Origin: Cyanobacteria bacterium P01_F01_bin.53
GTDB taxonomy: Bacteria; Cyanobacteriota; Cyanobacteriia; Phormidesmidales; Phormidesmidaceae
Reading direction: 5' to 3'
NCBI GenBank assembly: GCA_039186165.1
Contig: JBCDAG010000001.1
Location: 4,040-68,039, forward strand
DNA length: 64,000 nt
This document shows, one piece after another, positions 43,323 to 52,500 of the stretch (position 1 is its first letter; each line of letters opens with the position of its first letter). The notes beneath the pieces were generated by a model. It was not told where the DNA came from. It made no database searches and saw only the letters and a program-made list of their open reading frames with translations. The position numbers were made by a program, and so were the translations under genes.

Positions 43323-46300
43323 CTACCTTCCCTCCCTAGCTTTGAGCTTACCCATTAGCCTATTGAGCTGGCTTTTATCTACCCGTGCCGCTGTAAAATC
43401 TGCCGTGGACACTGACGCTTGCTCAGGCTGTTGGCAGTGGGCGATCAAAGACTTTAAATTGCTATGCAAACGTTGGCTGAGCTGCTCTAACGTGCTGCGC
43501 TCATATTGCTGTTGGCTATATCGCCACCTGATTTGAAGTTGCCTAGATTGAATGAAGGCTACAATTTCAAAGAGATATTGGCGATCACCGTCTGAGCTCT
43601 TCATTTCAGGGATATCCTCGGCTGCGAGTCCGGTGATAAATCCAGTAGTCTCTATTGAAAGCTGACCAAGATAGTTAAAGCTGATTTCTGCGGGTGAAAC
43701 CAATTCTTGGTGAATACTATCTTCTTGGTAAACGCTATCTTCTTGGTAAACGCTATCTTCTTGGTAAACGCTATCTTCTTGGTGAACACTATCGGCTGTG
43801 GAGAATCGCAATGCTCCGTAGCCAACTCCCCCATTCGGCACCTGAGTTAGCTGATTTTTTACCTCATTCAATTGTTCATCTAATCCCCCTGATGGCAGCG
43901 ATAGCCTGAGCGGATACAGTGATGTAAACCAGCCCACCGTACGGGAAAGATCAAAGGACTCATCCCAAGCCTGGCGGCCATGTCCCTCCACATCAAAAAC
44001 AAAGGTGCTGCGTTGACTCCACTGCTTGAGCGTTTGAGCCATTGCCGCAAGGACCATCACATTGACGGGCCAATTCAGAGACTTGAGTGCCGTTGTTTCC
44101 TGTGCCCCTAGGGACACCACAATCTCCTGGGTGTCCGCGACGGTATTTTCCCCGGAAGGATGATCTACTGGTAATGGCAGGGCGGCGCGACAGGCTTCTG
44201 CCCAATACCTGCGTTCTGGTTCAAAGGTTTGTGCGCCGATTTGTTCCTGGAGATGTTGTGCCCAGTGTCCAAAAGCTGTTGTTTTTGCTGGGAGTGTAAC
44301 GGCTTGCCCAGCAGTGATTTGTTGATAGGCGGCAAGTAGGTCAGCGAGTAACACTCGCCAAGAGACGCCGTCTATTAGCAAATGGTGGGCGACTAAAAGC
44401 AAATATTTACTTGAGGCTGAGGTTATGAGTGCGCCCCTAAATAGTGGTCCTGTTGTCAGGTTTAGGCCAGTTTGTACATTAGCAATGACGGTCTTTAAGG
44501 GCAGCGCGTTTCGAGCTGTTAAGTCAATCTCATCTAACGTTATTGAGTCAGCGTCCGTAACCGAGTCAGCGCCTGAGTCAGTGTATTGTTGCTGCCAACC
44601 GTCAGCCACTTTCTCAAAGCGCAGTCGCAGGCTGTCGTGATGCCTAACAAGTTCTGCTAGTGCAGATTGAAGCACACTAGCCTGTACATCCGACGTTACC
44701 GTTAACATCACAGCTTGGTTATAGCGATGAGGGTTTGACAGATTCTTCTCGAAAAAGTCTCGCTGGATTGGACTTAATGGAATCTTGCCAACCGGTATCG
44801 CAGAAACATCCTTTGCTAATTTTTCTGTTGCAACAGTGGCCTGCTCAGCGATGGTTTGATGCTGAAATAGCTGCGCAGGGGTAAGATGCAGCCCTTTTTC
44901 ATGGGCCTTTGAGACGATTTGCATCCCGGAGATGGAATCTCCCCCTAAGTCGAAGAAGTTGTCATGAATACTGAGTTCATCATCGTTAAGAATCTGTTTC
45001 CAAATTCCTAAAAGGATGCCTTCTTTGCTGTTACGCGGCTGAACGCTTTCCGCTTTTGTTTTTACCAAAGGCACAGGTAATGCCTTGCGATCTATTTTTC
45101 CATTAACCGTTAGTGGCAATGAATCGAGAATAAGGATATGGGACGGCACCATATACCTGGGCAACGCTTGTCCCAGCTGCTGATACAGTTGATCGATTAA
45201 GTCTGTCGTTGCGTTTGTGGCTGTGACATAGGCCACTAGCTCACGCTTTTGTTGAGTCTTTTTCAATACAACAACAGCTTGCTCAACGTGTTTATGCTGG
45301 CAGAGTACCGTCTCAATTTCGCCAGGTTCAATCCGAAATCCCCTGAGCTTGATTTGGCTATCAATCCGTCCAAGGTATTCTAAAGTCCCGTCTGGTCGGT
45401 AGCTGGCCAGATCCCCAGTTTTGTAGCTCGGACCTAGTCCCTCAATCTCCACAAAGCGCTCAGCCGTTAAGTCTGATTGGTTCAAGTATCCACGGGCAAC
45501 ACCTGCACCGCTAATGTATAGCTCTCCTGGGAGGCCCGCTGGGACAGGCTGTTGATACTCATCCAAAATATAGAGCTGAGCGCCATTGATGGGACGTCCA
45601 ATGGGCATATTGCCGCTGTCTTGTTCTGTTATTTTATGAACACAACAACCGACGACTGCTTCGGTGGGACCATATTCATTGAATAAGGCGACTTCTGGAT
45701 AATACTGCCGCCAAGTTGCAATGTGATGTTCTTGCAGTGCTTCTCCACCAATGATGAAAGCCTTAGGAAGGCGGGCTCGCTCAATGGTTTGAGTCGTTAA
45801 TAAGGGCTGCAATGCGCTCAGATGTGCTGGGGTTAGCTTGATAAAGCTAAAGCCACCTGAAAGGGCTGCTTGGAGTGAGCTAATTTCAGTGTCGCCTAAC
45901 CCAAAGATAACCTGCTTCCCAGCGAGTAAAGGAGAAAAGAGACTCGTAATGGTGGCATCGAACCCAATGGCAGACTGTACAGGTGCACCACAGCCTTGAC
46001 CCACGGGGTAAGCTTCTAGACACCAGTTGAGATAGTTGATCAGCCCGCCGTGGGTGAGCTGAGTACCTTTTGGCTTACCGGTAGAGCCAGAGGTATAGAT
46101 CACGTAGGCTAGATCTTGGGGCGTAACCGTGTGCTTTAAATTGCGCTCGGTATTCTGTTCAGGCTGACCAATGAGCTGTTGTTCATCCTTATCTAAATCC
46201 GTATCTAGATCCCTATCTAGATATATGACTTTGGCTGAAATCTCCTCAGTCAAACAATCACTTTCTGTCAAACAATCACTTTGACCAATCAGCACCGCAG

Positions 46301-48203
46301 GACGGGCATCTCGTAGCATGTAGTGCAATCTTTCTACTGGCAGCGTCGGATCTAAGGGGACGTAGGCGCCACCTGCTTTAAGCGTTGCCAGTAGTGCCGT
46401 CATGAGGTCTACGCCGGGGCGGAAGCAAATGCCGACCAAACTATCTGAGGTAATACCCTGAGCGCGTAACCAGTGGGCCAGTCGGTTGGCTCGCTGATTG
46501 AGCTGTTGGTAGGTGATGTGTTGCTCTGGGGTGGTAGCGTGATCGGTAAGGGCGATCGCATCTGGAGTCCGTTCTACTTGCTGCTCAAACCTAGCTGGAA
46601 AGCAAAGGTCTGGAAAAGATAGGGTGGTAGCTTCAACAGCTTTGCCTTGACTCCACTGGGTTAGGAGCTGTTCTCGTTCTGGCGGTGAGAGCAGGGAATA
46701 TTGAGAAATGGGCCGTTCAGGCTCTGTAATGATTGCGTTAACGAGGGTGTGGAAGTGTGACAACATCCGAGTGATGCGATCATTAGAAAATAAGGCTGTT
46801 CTATATTCAACTGCGACTAGCAGTGCGCCGTCACGCTCGATCACATGCCAGCTCATGTCGAACTTGGTTTCTCCAGGCTCAATCCACTGTTGGGTAAGGG
46901 TTAATCCAGGTATTCCCAAGCTAAGCTGCTCAGCATTTTGAAGTTGATAGCCATCACTCTGTACCTGGAACATAACCTGAAAGAGTGGATTCTTTCCGGG
47001 CGTCCGGGTTGCTCCTAACACATCCACTACTTCAGCAAAAGGAATGTCTTGGTGCTGTAGTGCATCGGCTAGGGTCGCCTGTACTTGTTTTAGCCAAGCT
47101 GGAAATCGCTGATTCGCATCAATCTGCGAGCGTAACACCAGCGTGTTTACAAAAAAGCCAATCAAGGGCTCAACGGCTGCGGAATTTCGTCCGGCAACAG
47201 GGATCCCCACTGCAATATCTTGTTGGCGACTGTATCGGTGTAGCAACAGCTTGAAGATGGCCAACAGCACCATAAACACAGTGGCACCGGATTGTTTCGC
47301 CAATGCCTTAATCGCCTGCGTTTGTTCTACCGAGAAAGATTGTGTGCAGGTGTGACTGGTGAATGCCGTTCCGGCGATGCCATCTGTTGGCAAGGTCAAC
47401 TCGGACAGGTCTGCTAGCTGCTGTTTCCAGTAATCTCGCTGGTTTTGGCCTTCATCCCCTGTGAGCCATTGCTGTTGTTTCAGCACATAGTCAGGGTACT
47501 GAATGGTTAAGTCAGGTAGGGGCTGCGCCGAATTATGGTGGCTGTTTTCCTGGCTATAGCGACGATAGTTCAGCGCTAGCTCTTGCAATAAAATTCCCCG
47601 AGACCAACCATCTGCAACCAAATGGTGCAGGACTAATCCTAATTCAAAGGCGTCATCCTTTCGCCTAATTAGCTGGGCGCGAATTAGAGGGCCATTTTCT
47701 AGGTCGAAGGGATTTTGAGCAAGCTGTTCCTGGCGGCGAATGATGTCTGCCTCGGTGCTTGTTGATTGACGAAGATCGATGATGGGAATAGTCAGCTCAA
47801 GGCTCGGCAATACCTTGGTATAGGGCTGGTTATCTTCCTGTAAAAAGACCGTTCTAAGGGATTCGTGGCGATTGATAATGCTCTGGAGACTCTGCTGTAG
47901 GGCGCTCACCGCGAGTGCTCCTTTTATACTCAGTACCAGAGAAATGTGGTATGCAGTGGTGTCTGGATATAGCTGGTGCAATACCCAAAGCTGCTTCTGA
48001 GCAGCTGAGAGCGGTAATCTCTCTGGACGTGCGATCTCTGCTGACTTGGAAGTAGGTTGAGTAGTTTTGTTCGCACCGGATACAGCTTGCTCCCATGAAA
48101 TTCCTTTTGCCTCAAGCTGCTTGCGAAACAGCTGCTGTTGCGCAGGTGATAGAGATGAAATCCGTTGCTGTAGTGATTGAAATGTTTGGGAGGTGTCGGC
48201 CAT
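43323..48203 (-). CDS. NRPS C-A(Asn)-T-E
   Basis: HHLVADGWS; code DATKIGEVGK (Asn type); GGDSI; E domain HHLLIDGVSW, EGHGR, RTVGWFT. Confidence 0.94.
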   Translation of the reverse strand: MADTSQTFQSLQQRISSLSPAQQQLFRKQLEAKGISWEQAVSGANKTTQPTSKSAEIARPERLPLSAAQKQLWVLHQLYPDTTAYHISLVLSIKGALAVSALQQSLQSIINRHESLRTVFLQEDNQPYTKVLPSLELTIPIIDLRQSTSTEADIIRRQEQLAQNPFDLENGPLIRAQLIRRKDDAFELGLVLHHLVADGWSRGILLQELALNYRRYSQENSHHNSAQPLPDLTIQYPDYVLKQQQWLTGDEGQNQRDYWKQQLADLSELTLPTDGIAGTAFTSHTCTQSFSVEQTQAIKALAKQSGATVFMVLLAIFKLLLHRYSRQQDIAVGIPVAGRNSAAVEPLIGFFVNTLVLRSQIDANQRFPAWLKQVQATLADALQHQDIPFAEVVDVLGATRTPGKNPLFQVMFQVQSDGYQLQNAEQLSLGIPGLTLTQQWIEPGETKFDMSWHVIERDGALLVAVEYRTALFSNDRITRMLSHFHTLVNAIITEPERPISQYSLLSPPEREQLLTQWSQGKAVEATTLSFPDLCFPARFEQQVERTPDAIALTDHATTPEQHITYQQLNQRANRLAHWLRAQGITSDSLVGICFRPGVDLMTALLATLKAGGAYVPLDPTLPVERLHYMLRDARPAVLIGQSDCLTESDCLTEEISAKVIYLDRDLDTDLDKDEQQLIGQPEQNTERNLKHTVTPQDLAYVIYTSGSTGKPKGTQLTHGGLINYLNWCLEAYPVGQGCGAPVQSAIGFDATITSLFSPLLAGKQVIFGLGDTEISSLQAALSGGFSFIKLTPAHLSALQPLLTTQTIERARLPKAFIIGGEALQEHHIATWRQYYPEVALFNEYGPTEAVVGCCVHKITEQDSGNMPIGRPINGAQLYILDEYQQPVPAGLPGELYISGAGVARGYLNQSDLTAERFVEIEGLGPSYKTGDLASYRPDGTLEYLGRIDSQIKLRGFRIEPGEIETVLCQHKHVEQAVVVLKKTQQKRELVAYVTATNATTDLIDQLYQQLGQALPRYMVPSHILILDSLPLTVNGKIDRKALPVPLVKTKAESVQPRNSKEGILLGIWKQILNDDELSIHDNFFDLGGDSISGMQIVSKAHEKGLHLTPAQLFQHQTIAEQATVATEKLAKDVSAIPVGKIPLSPIQRDFFEKNLSNPHRYNQAVMLTVTSDVQASVLQSALAELVRHHDSLRLRFEKVADGWQQQYTDSGADSVTDADSITLDEIDLTARNALPLKTVIANVQTGLNLTTGPLFRGALITSASSKYLLLVAHHLLIDGVSWRVLLADLLAAYQQITAGQAVTLPAKTTAFGHWAQHLQEQIGAQTFEPERRYWAEACRAALPLPVDHPSGENTVADTQEIVVSLGAQETTALKSLNWPVNVMVLAAMAQTLKQWSQRSTFVFDVEGHGRQAWDESFDLSRTVGWFTSLYPLRLSLPSGGLDEQLNEVKNQLTQVPNGGVGYGALRFSTADSVHQEDSVYQEDSVYQEDSVYQEDSIHQELVSPAEISFNYLGQLSIETTGFITGLAAEDIPEMKSSDGDRQYLFEIVAFIQSRQLQIRWRYSQQQYERSTLEQLSQRLHSNLKSLIAHCQQPEQASVSTADFTAARVDKSQLNRLMGKLKAREGR
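43704..43793. repeat. 5 x 18-nt in-frame tandem repeat (DSVYQE) inside an E domain
   Basis: ttcttggtgaatactatc / ttcttggtaaacgctatc x3 / ttcttggtgaacactatc. Confidence 0.92.
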
Positions 48204-48429
48204 GAGTAGATAACGATTACTTAGGATTAAGCGTCACTTATTCGACCTAGGCGTTGGCACTGTGTAATGCGTTGCCCATAAGTAACAGAGATGTTTTAAA
48301 CTGTGGATTTTTTAAGTTCGGGCTAGATGGTTTGATTCTCGATACATACGATATGCCCCCTCCGATAAGTCCTCTCCGGAGAGTGGCAGGTCTCGATACG
48401 TTCTCAATTCATTGGAGAGCGACAGTGAC

Positions 48430-49500
48430 TCAAGTGATCCCGGCCATTGCGGTTACACCCTTGTCACAGGACTGCTTTAGCTGCGCCAAGTAGGGCAGGG
48501 AACCCATCACAGCGTCAAAGTCTTGAACAAAATCTATCAGGCAGGCCACCTCATTAACACCTGCCTCGTTTAACTGCTTGACAAATGGTTGACAGCTCTC
48601 AGGCGTGCCAATTAAAGATCGTCCTTTTATAAATCCTTCTACACCAAATAATAACAAACTATCGAGATCATCATCTGAAAAATCAGATAAACTCACATCC
48701 AAACCCATCCCCTTTGCTAAATTTTCTAATAGACCATAATGGGTCTTTAGATAATCACAAAAGGGTTGACGAATATCTTCCTTAACTTGGTCAACATTCT
48801 CCCCTAAGAAGGTGTGCATCATCATCGAAACCGTTCGCGATTCGGGATCGTGTCCGTGCTTACGTAGAGTCTCTCGATATCGCGCAATTTTAGGGGCCAC
48901 TTGCTCTAAGGTTTCGCCTAGTAACGAGGTTAAAACATTCGTCCCCAAGCGGCCCGCTTCGATAAAGGTTTCCATCGATTGGCAGGTCACCCATACGGGG
49001 AGTTTCTCCTGAACTGGCCTTGGCAAGGTTTGTGTACTCACCGTTCTGCCAGTGGCATCTTCAAACTCTACGGCTTCGCCCTGCCATAGCTTTTGTACAG
49101 ACTCTAGCCCTTGCCACATAACCGACTTGCGGCTGCCATGGGGCTGGCGGGAGAGAATAAATTCGTCCATGGTCCAACCAGAGGCAAAGGCGATCGCGGC
49201 CCGTCCTCCCGAAAGGTTATCCACAACGGCCCAGTCTTCAGCTACGCGCACTGGATGGTGTAGAGGCAACACGACACTGCCCGCCCGGAGTTGAATGTTT
49301 TCGGTAACCATTGCCAGGGCTGCGCTAGTCATCGCCGGGTTGGGATATAGTCCGCCGAAGGCATGAAAATGACGCTCGGGTGTCCACACTGCACTGAAAT
49401 TATGCTGGTCGGCAAACTTCGCACTTTCAACGAGTAATTTATAGGGATTACCCTGGATGTTTAATCCGTCTCCATCGAAATAAAACAAACTAAATTTCAT
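48430..49500 (-). CDS. Stand-alone luciferase-like flavin monooxygenase (MupA/Atu3671-type, natural-product associated LLM)
   Basis: MKFSLFYF, AVWTPERHFHAFGGLYPNP, LRAGSVVLPLHHPVRVAEDW, VDNLSGGR, GVNEVACLIDF. Confidence 0.93.
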   Translation of the reverse strand: MKFSLFYFDGDGLNIQGNPYKLLVESAKFADQHNFSAVWTPERHFHAFGGLYPNPAMTSAALAMVTENIQLRAGSVVLPLHHPVRVAEDWAVVDNLSGGRAAIAFASGWTMDEFILSRQPHGSRKSVMWQGLESVQKLWQGEAVEFEDATGRTVSTQTLPRPVQEKLPVWVTCQSMETFIEAGRLGTNVLTSLLGETLEQVAPKIARYRETLRKHGHDPESRTVSMMMHTFLGENVDQVKEDIRQPFCDYLKTHYGLLENLAKGMGLDVSLSDFSDDDLDSLLLFGVEGFIKGRSLIGTPESCQPFVKQLNEAGVNEVACLIDFVQDFDAVMGSLPYLAQLKQSCDKGVTAMAGIT

Positions 49501-52500
49501 TTTTCACCTCCTCTGGCGTCATTTCTTCAATTTGATCTAACAAACCCTCTATCGTAGATTGGGTCTGGCTCGATATTTGTGCTGCCTCTTCTACATTTAG
49601 CTGGTCCTCATTTAGCTGGTCCTCATTTATTTGATCCTCATTTATTTGATCCTCAATAATTTTGGCAATCCCGGCGACAGTGGGTGCTTCGAACAAAAAG
49701 GCCCGCATGGGTAAATCAACCGGGAATTTTTGTCTAAGTTGGGTCACGGCCTGAATAGCGAGCAAAGAGTGGCCGCCTAGCTCAAAGAAGTTGTCATGTA
49801 TGCCCACAGCTTCTATCCCGAGTAGCTCTCCCATGGCTTGGGCGACGGTTTGCTCTACCGGCGATCGCGGTGCAACATACTCGGTCCCTAAGTTTGGGCG
49901 AGTATGGGCGGTTGGGCGAGTATGGACCTTCGGCAAGGCGGACGAGTCCTCTGGGTTGCCTGCTGGGGTTCCCTGTTTGCCTGGGTCTTTATGGGAGGGG
50001 GTGAAGGCCGCTTTGAGTCTAGGTTGTAAGTCACGGGGCGAAATCACGAGTTGGGCGAAATCTAACTGTGATTGTGCCAAGGCTCTTTGGGTCGTTTGCC
50101 AAACTTCCTCAGAAGAGATTGCCAGCGCCATAAGTTCAGAGGCTATAAGTTCAGAAGCTGCTCCCTGAGAGTTCTCTGAGTTGCTGCTGGCTGCCCCCCC
50201 AGATGACATACCAGATGGCATACCACTTTCTTCCAGCTCACAGGCATCCCAATTAAGACTTAGCCAACGGGTGACGGTTCTGTTTTGTTGGGCTGCGTAG
50301 GTATCCAGGTAGCTATTGGCAGCGGCATAGGCACCAAATCCAATGCCACCGACGATGGCGGAAAGAGAAGATTGTATTACATAGAAGTCAACAGGGTAAT
50401 CGGCAAGAGATTGTTGGAGGTTTTGTATGCCTTTGATCTTGGTACGGGTGATGCGTTCATATTCATCATCCGTCAGTTGAGAAATGCCGCAACTGGCGCG
50501 ATCGCCCATTACCCCTGTATGGAAAACGCCATTAATAGTAGAGCCAAACCGCTCTATTCCTTCTTGCACCCTACCAGCTACCCAGTCAGCCTCTGCCAAG
50601 TTGCCACTAAACCAAAGGAATTGTTCACCCTCACGGCCCAACGCTTGTAACCGTCGAATTAACCGGCTAACACCATGTTGTGGGCCGTGGGTCAATAGCC
50701 ACTTTTCCCACTCTTCCGGGGCAGGCAATCCTGGTCTTCCGAGTAAAACTAGCTTGGCGTCAAATTCTTTGACCAGTGCGTGGGCATACACCATACCCAG
50801 CCCTTCTACCAAATCTCCCGCAATCAGGTAGATGCCCTTTCTCTGAATGAGTGAGGGTGATTGAGCGGGTAAGGGCAGCGGTTCATAGGTTTGAACCCAG
50901 CGTTGGCGATCTCGATATGCAATTTGTCGTTGACTGTAATCGTAAGGCGTCGCTAACTCTCGACAAAGCCTCTGAAGCGCCGTCGGATCGATGGCATCAA
51001 TCGCCAAGCCCGTATCAATGGCACGACAGCTTAGTCCCGGACATTCCTGGGAAATGACTTGAGATAAGCCCAACACTCTTGCTTTCCGTGGATTAAGTGA
51101 GTCATGGACTGTTACATCATGAACATCGGTTGTGATGATGCTAATGGTAAAGGTGCTTCTGGTAAGGACCTCTCTTGAGGTTGTGAGTGCCTGAGTGAGG
51201 TATACAAGAGCGTGAAAATCATCCACGTGAGGCTTGCCGCTGCTAGTGCCATGGGTCATGCCCCAGCCGTATATGACCTGAGTCGGCCAGCTGTCGCCCG
51301 CTAAGAGAGCTTGTATAAGCTGCTGATAGTCAGTAGCTTGCTGGGGTTGAAGTGTGTAGCTCTTTTCTGTTGCGTGAGAGAATGCTGACCCAGGATTGAC
51401 CCAGGTGATAGCTGGTCGGTTTTTTAGGGTTGAGAAATGCTCCTGAAGTTGGGTTTGTAAGGCATCATCGGCAAAAATCAGCCAGCGATCGTCTGTAAGA
51501 TTCGAAGTTTCTGCGGTTAGCGGCAGGCGCTTCCAAGTTGGCAAATAGAACCAATCTGCCATATCAGCCGCTTTCGTTTGAGCCTGAGTGAGCGCTTTGC
51601 CTGCTGCTGCATTCTCGTCAGGTTTCAGCAACGGAACCCAATAAGACTCTCTTTCAAACGGGTAGGTGGGCAGTGGTAAGCGATGACGTTTTAGCCCTTG
51701 GTAAAGGTTAGACCATTTCACCGAGCTACCCGCTAACCAAAGTTGTCCCAGGGCTGCCATGAATGTGGTGATATCGTCCTTAGCGTCTTGGGGATGGGGC
51801 AAAGATTGAATCACAGGAATGATGTGCTTGGCTTGCCCAGCTCCATTGCTTTCACCGCCTTCACTGCTTTTATTACCTGAGGGCAGATTCTGTTTCACTA
51901 ACTTCGTTAAGGTATGCCCCGGACCCACTTCTAAAAAGATCGGATTGGGCAATTGTAAGAGTGTTTCTATCCCTTGGCTAAAACGGACTGATTCGCGTAA
52001 GTGGCTTACCCAGTAGTCGGCATCAGTGGCCTGAGCATCTTCTATCCAGGTGCCCGTCACATTGGAAATGAAGTCTATTTTAGGGGGCGATAGCGTGACT
52101 TTTTCCAAGGCCTTAGAGAAATCGGCTAAAGCCGGTTCCATCATGGTTGAGTGAAACGCATGGGAGGTCGCTAGCAAACGACAGGGAATATTTTGCGCGT
52201 CCAACTGTTTCTGAAGTGCTTCGATAACAGCAGTTGAGCCAGACACAACACAATTTTGAGGACTGTTTATGACCGCAATTTCAGCCTCTGCAGGCAATAG
52301 TGGTTTGAGTGTTGCTGGAGCGGTTAACACGGAGAGCATAGATCCAGGGGTACAGCGCTGCATCAACTGCCCCCGTTTTGTGATGAGCGAAAGTACCGCA
52401 TTCAGAGAAAAGACACCCGCCACGCAAGCCGCGACATATTCACCAATGCTATGCCCAATCATGGCCTGGGGCTGTATCCCCCAGGCCATCCAGAGTTTGG

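Noticed and set aside
43704-43793. Repeat array as a possible CRISPR
   Set aside because: Head-to-tail 18-nt units with no spacers, in frame within a CDS, and no cas genes
48206-48220. GTA...TAC motif upstream of the Asn NRPS as an NtcA site
   Set aside because: Spacing is N9 rather than N8 and it abuts the start codon
48280-48390. Glycine-riboswitch-like GGAGAG...CGGAGGGGGCA on the minus strand
   Set aside because: The conserved CTCTCAGG element and the paired stems are not evident; would need an Rfam hit
48390-48415. Fur-box-like AATGAATTGAGAA, suggesting an iron-regulated siderophore cluster
   Set aside because: Only a half-site; no TonB receptor, Asp beta-hydroxylase, salicylate or hydroxamate genes in the window
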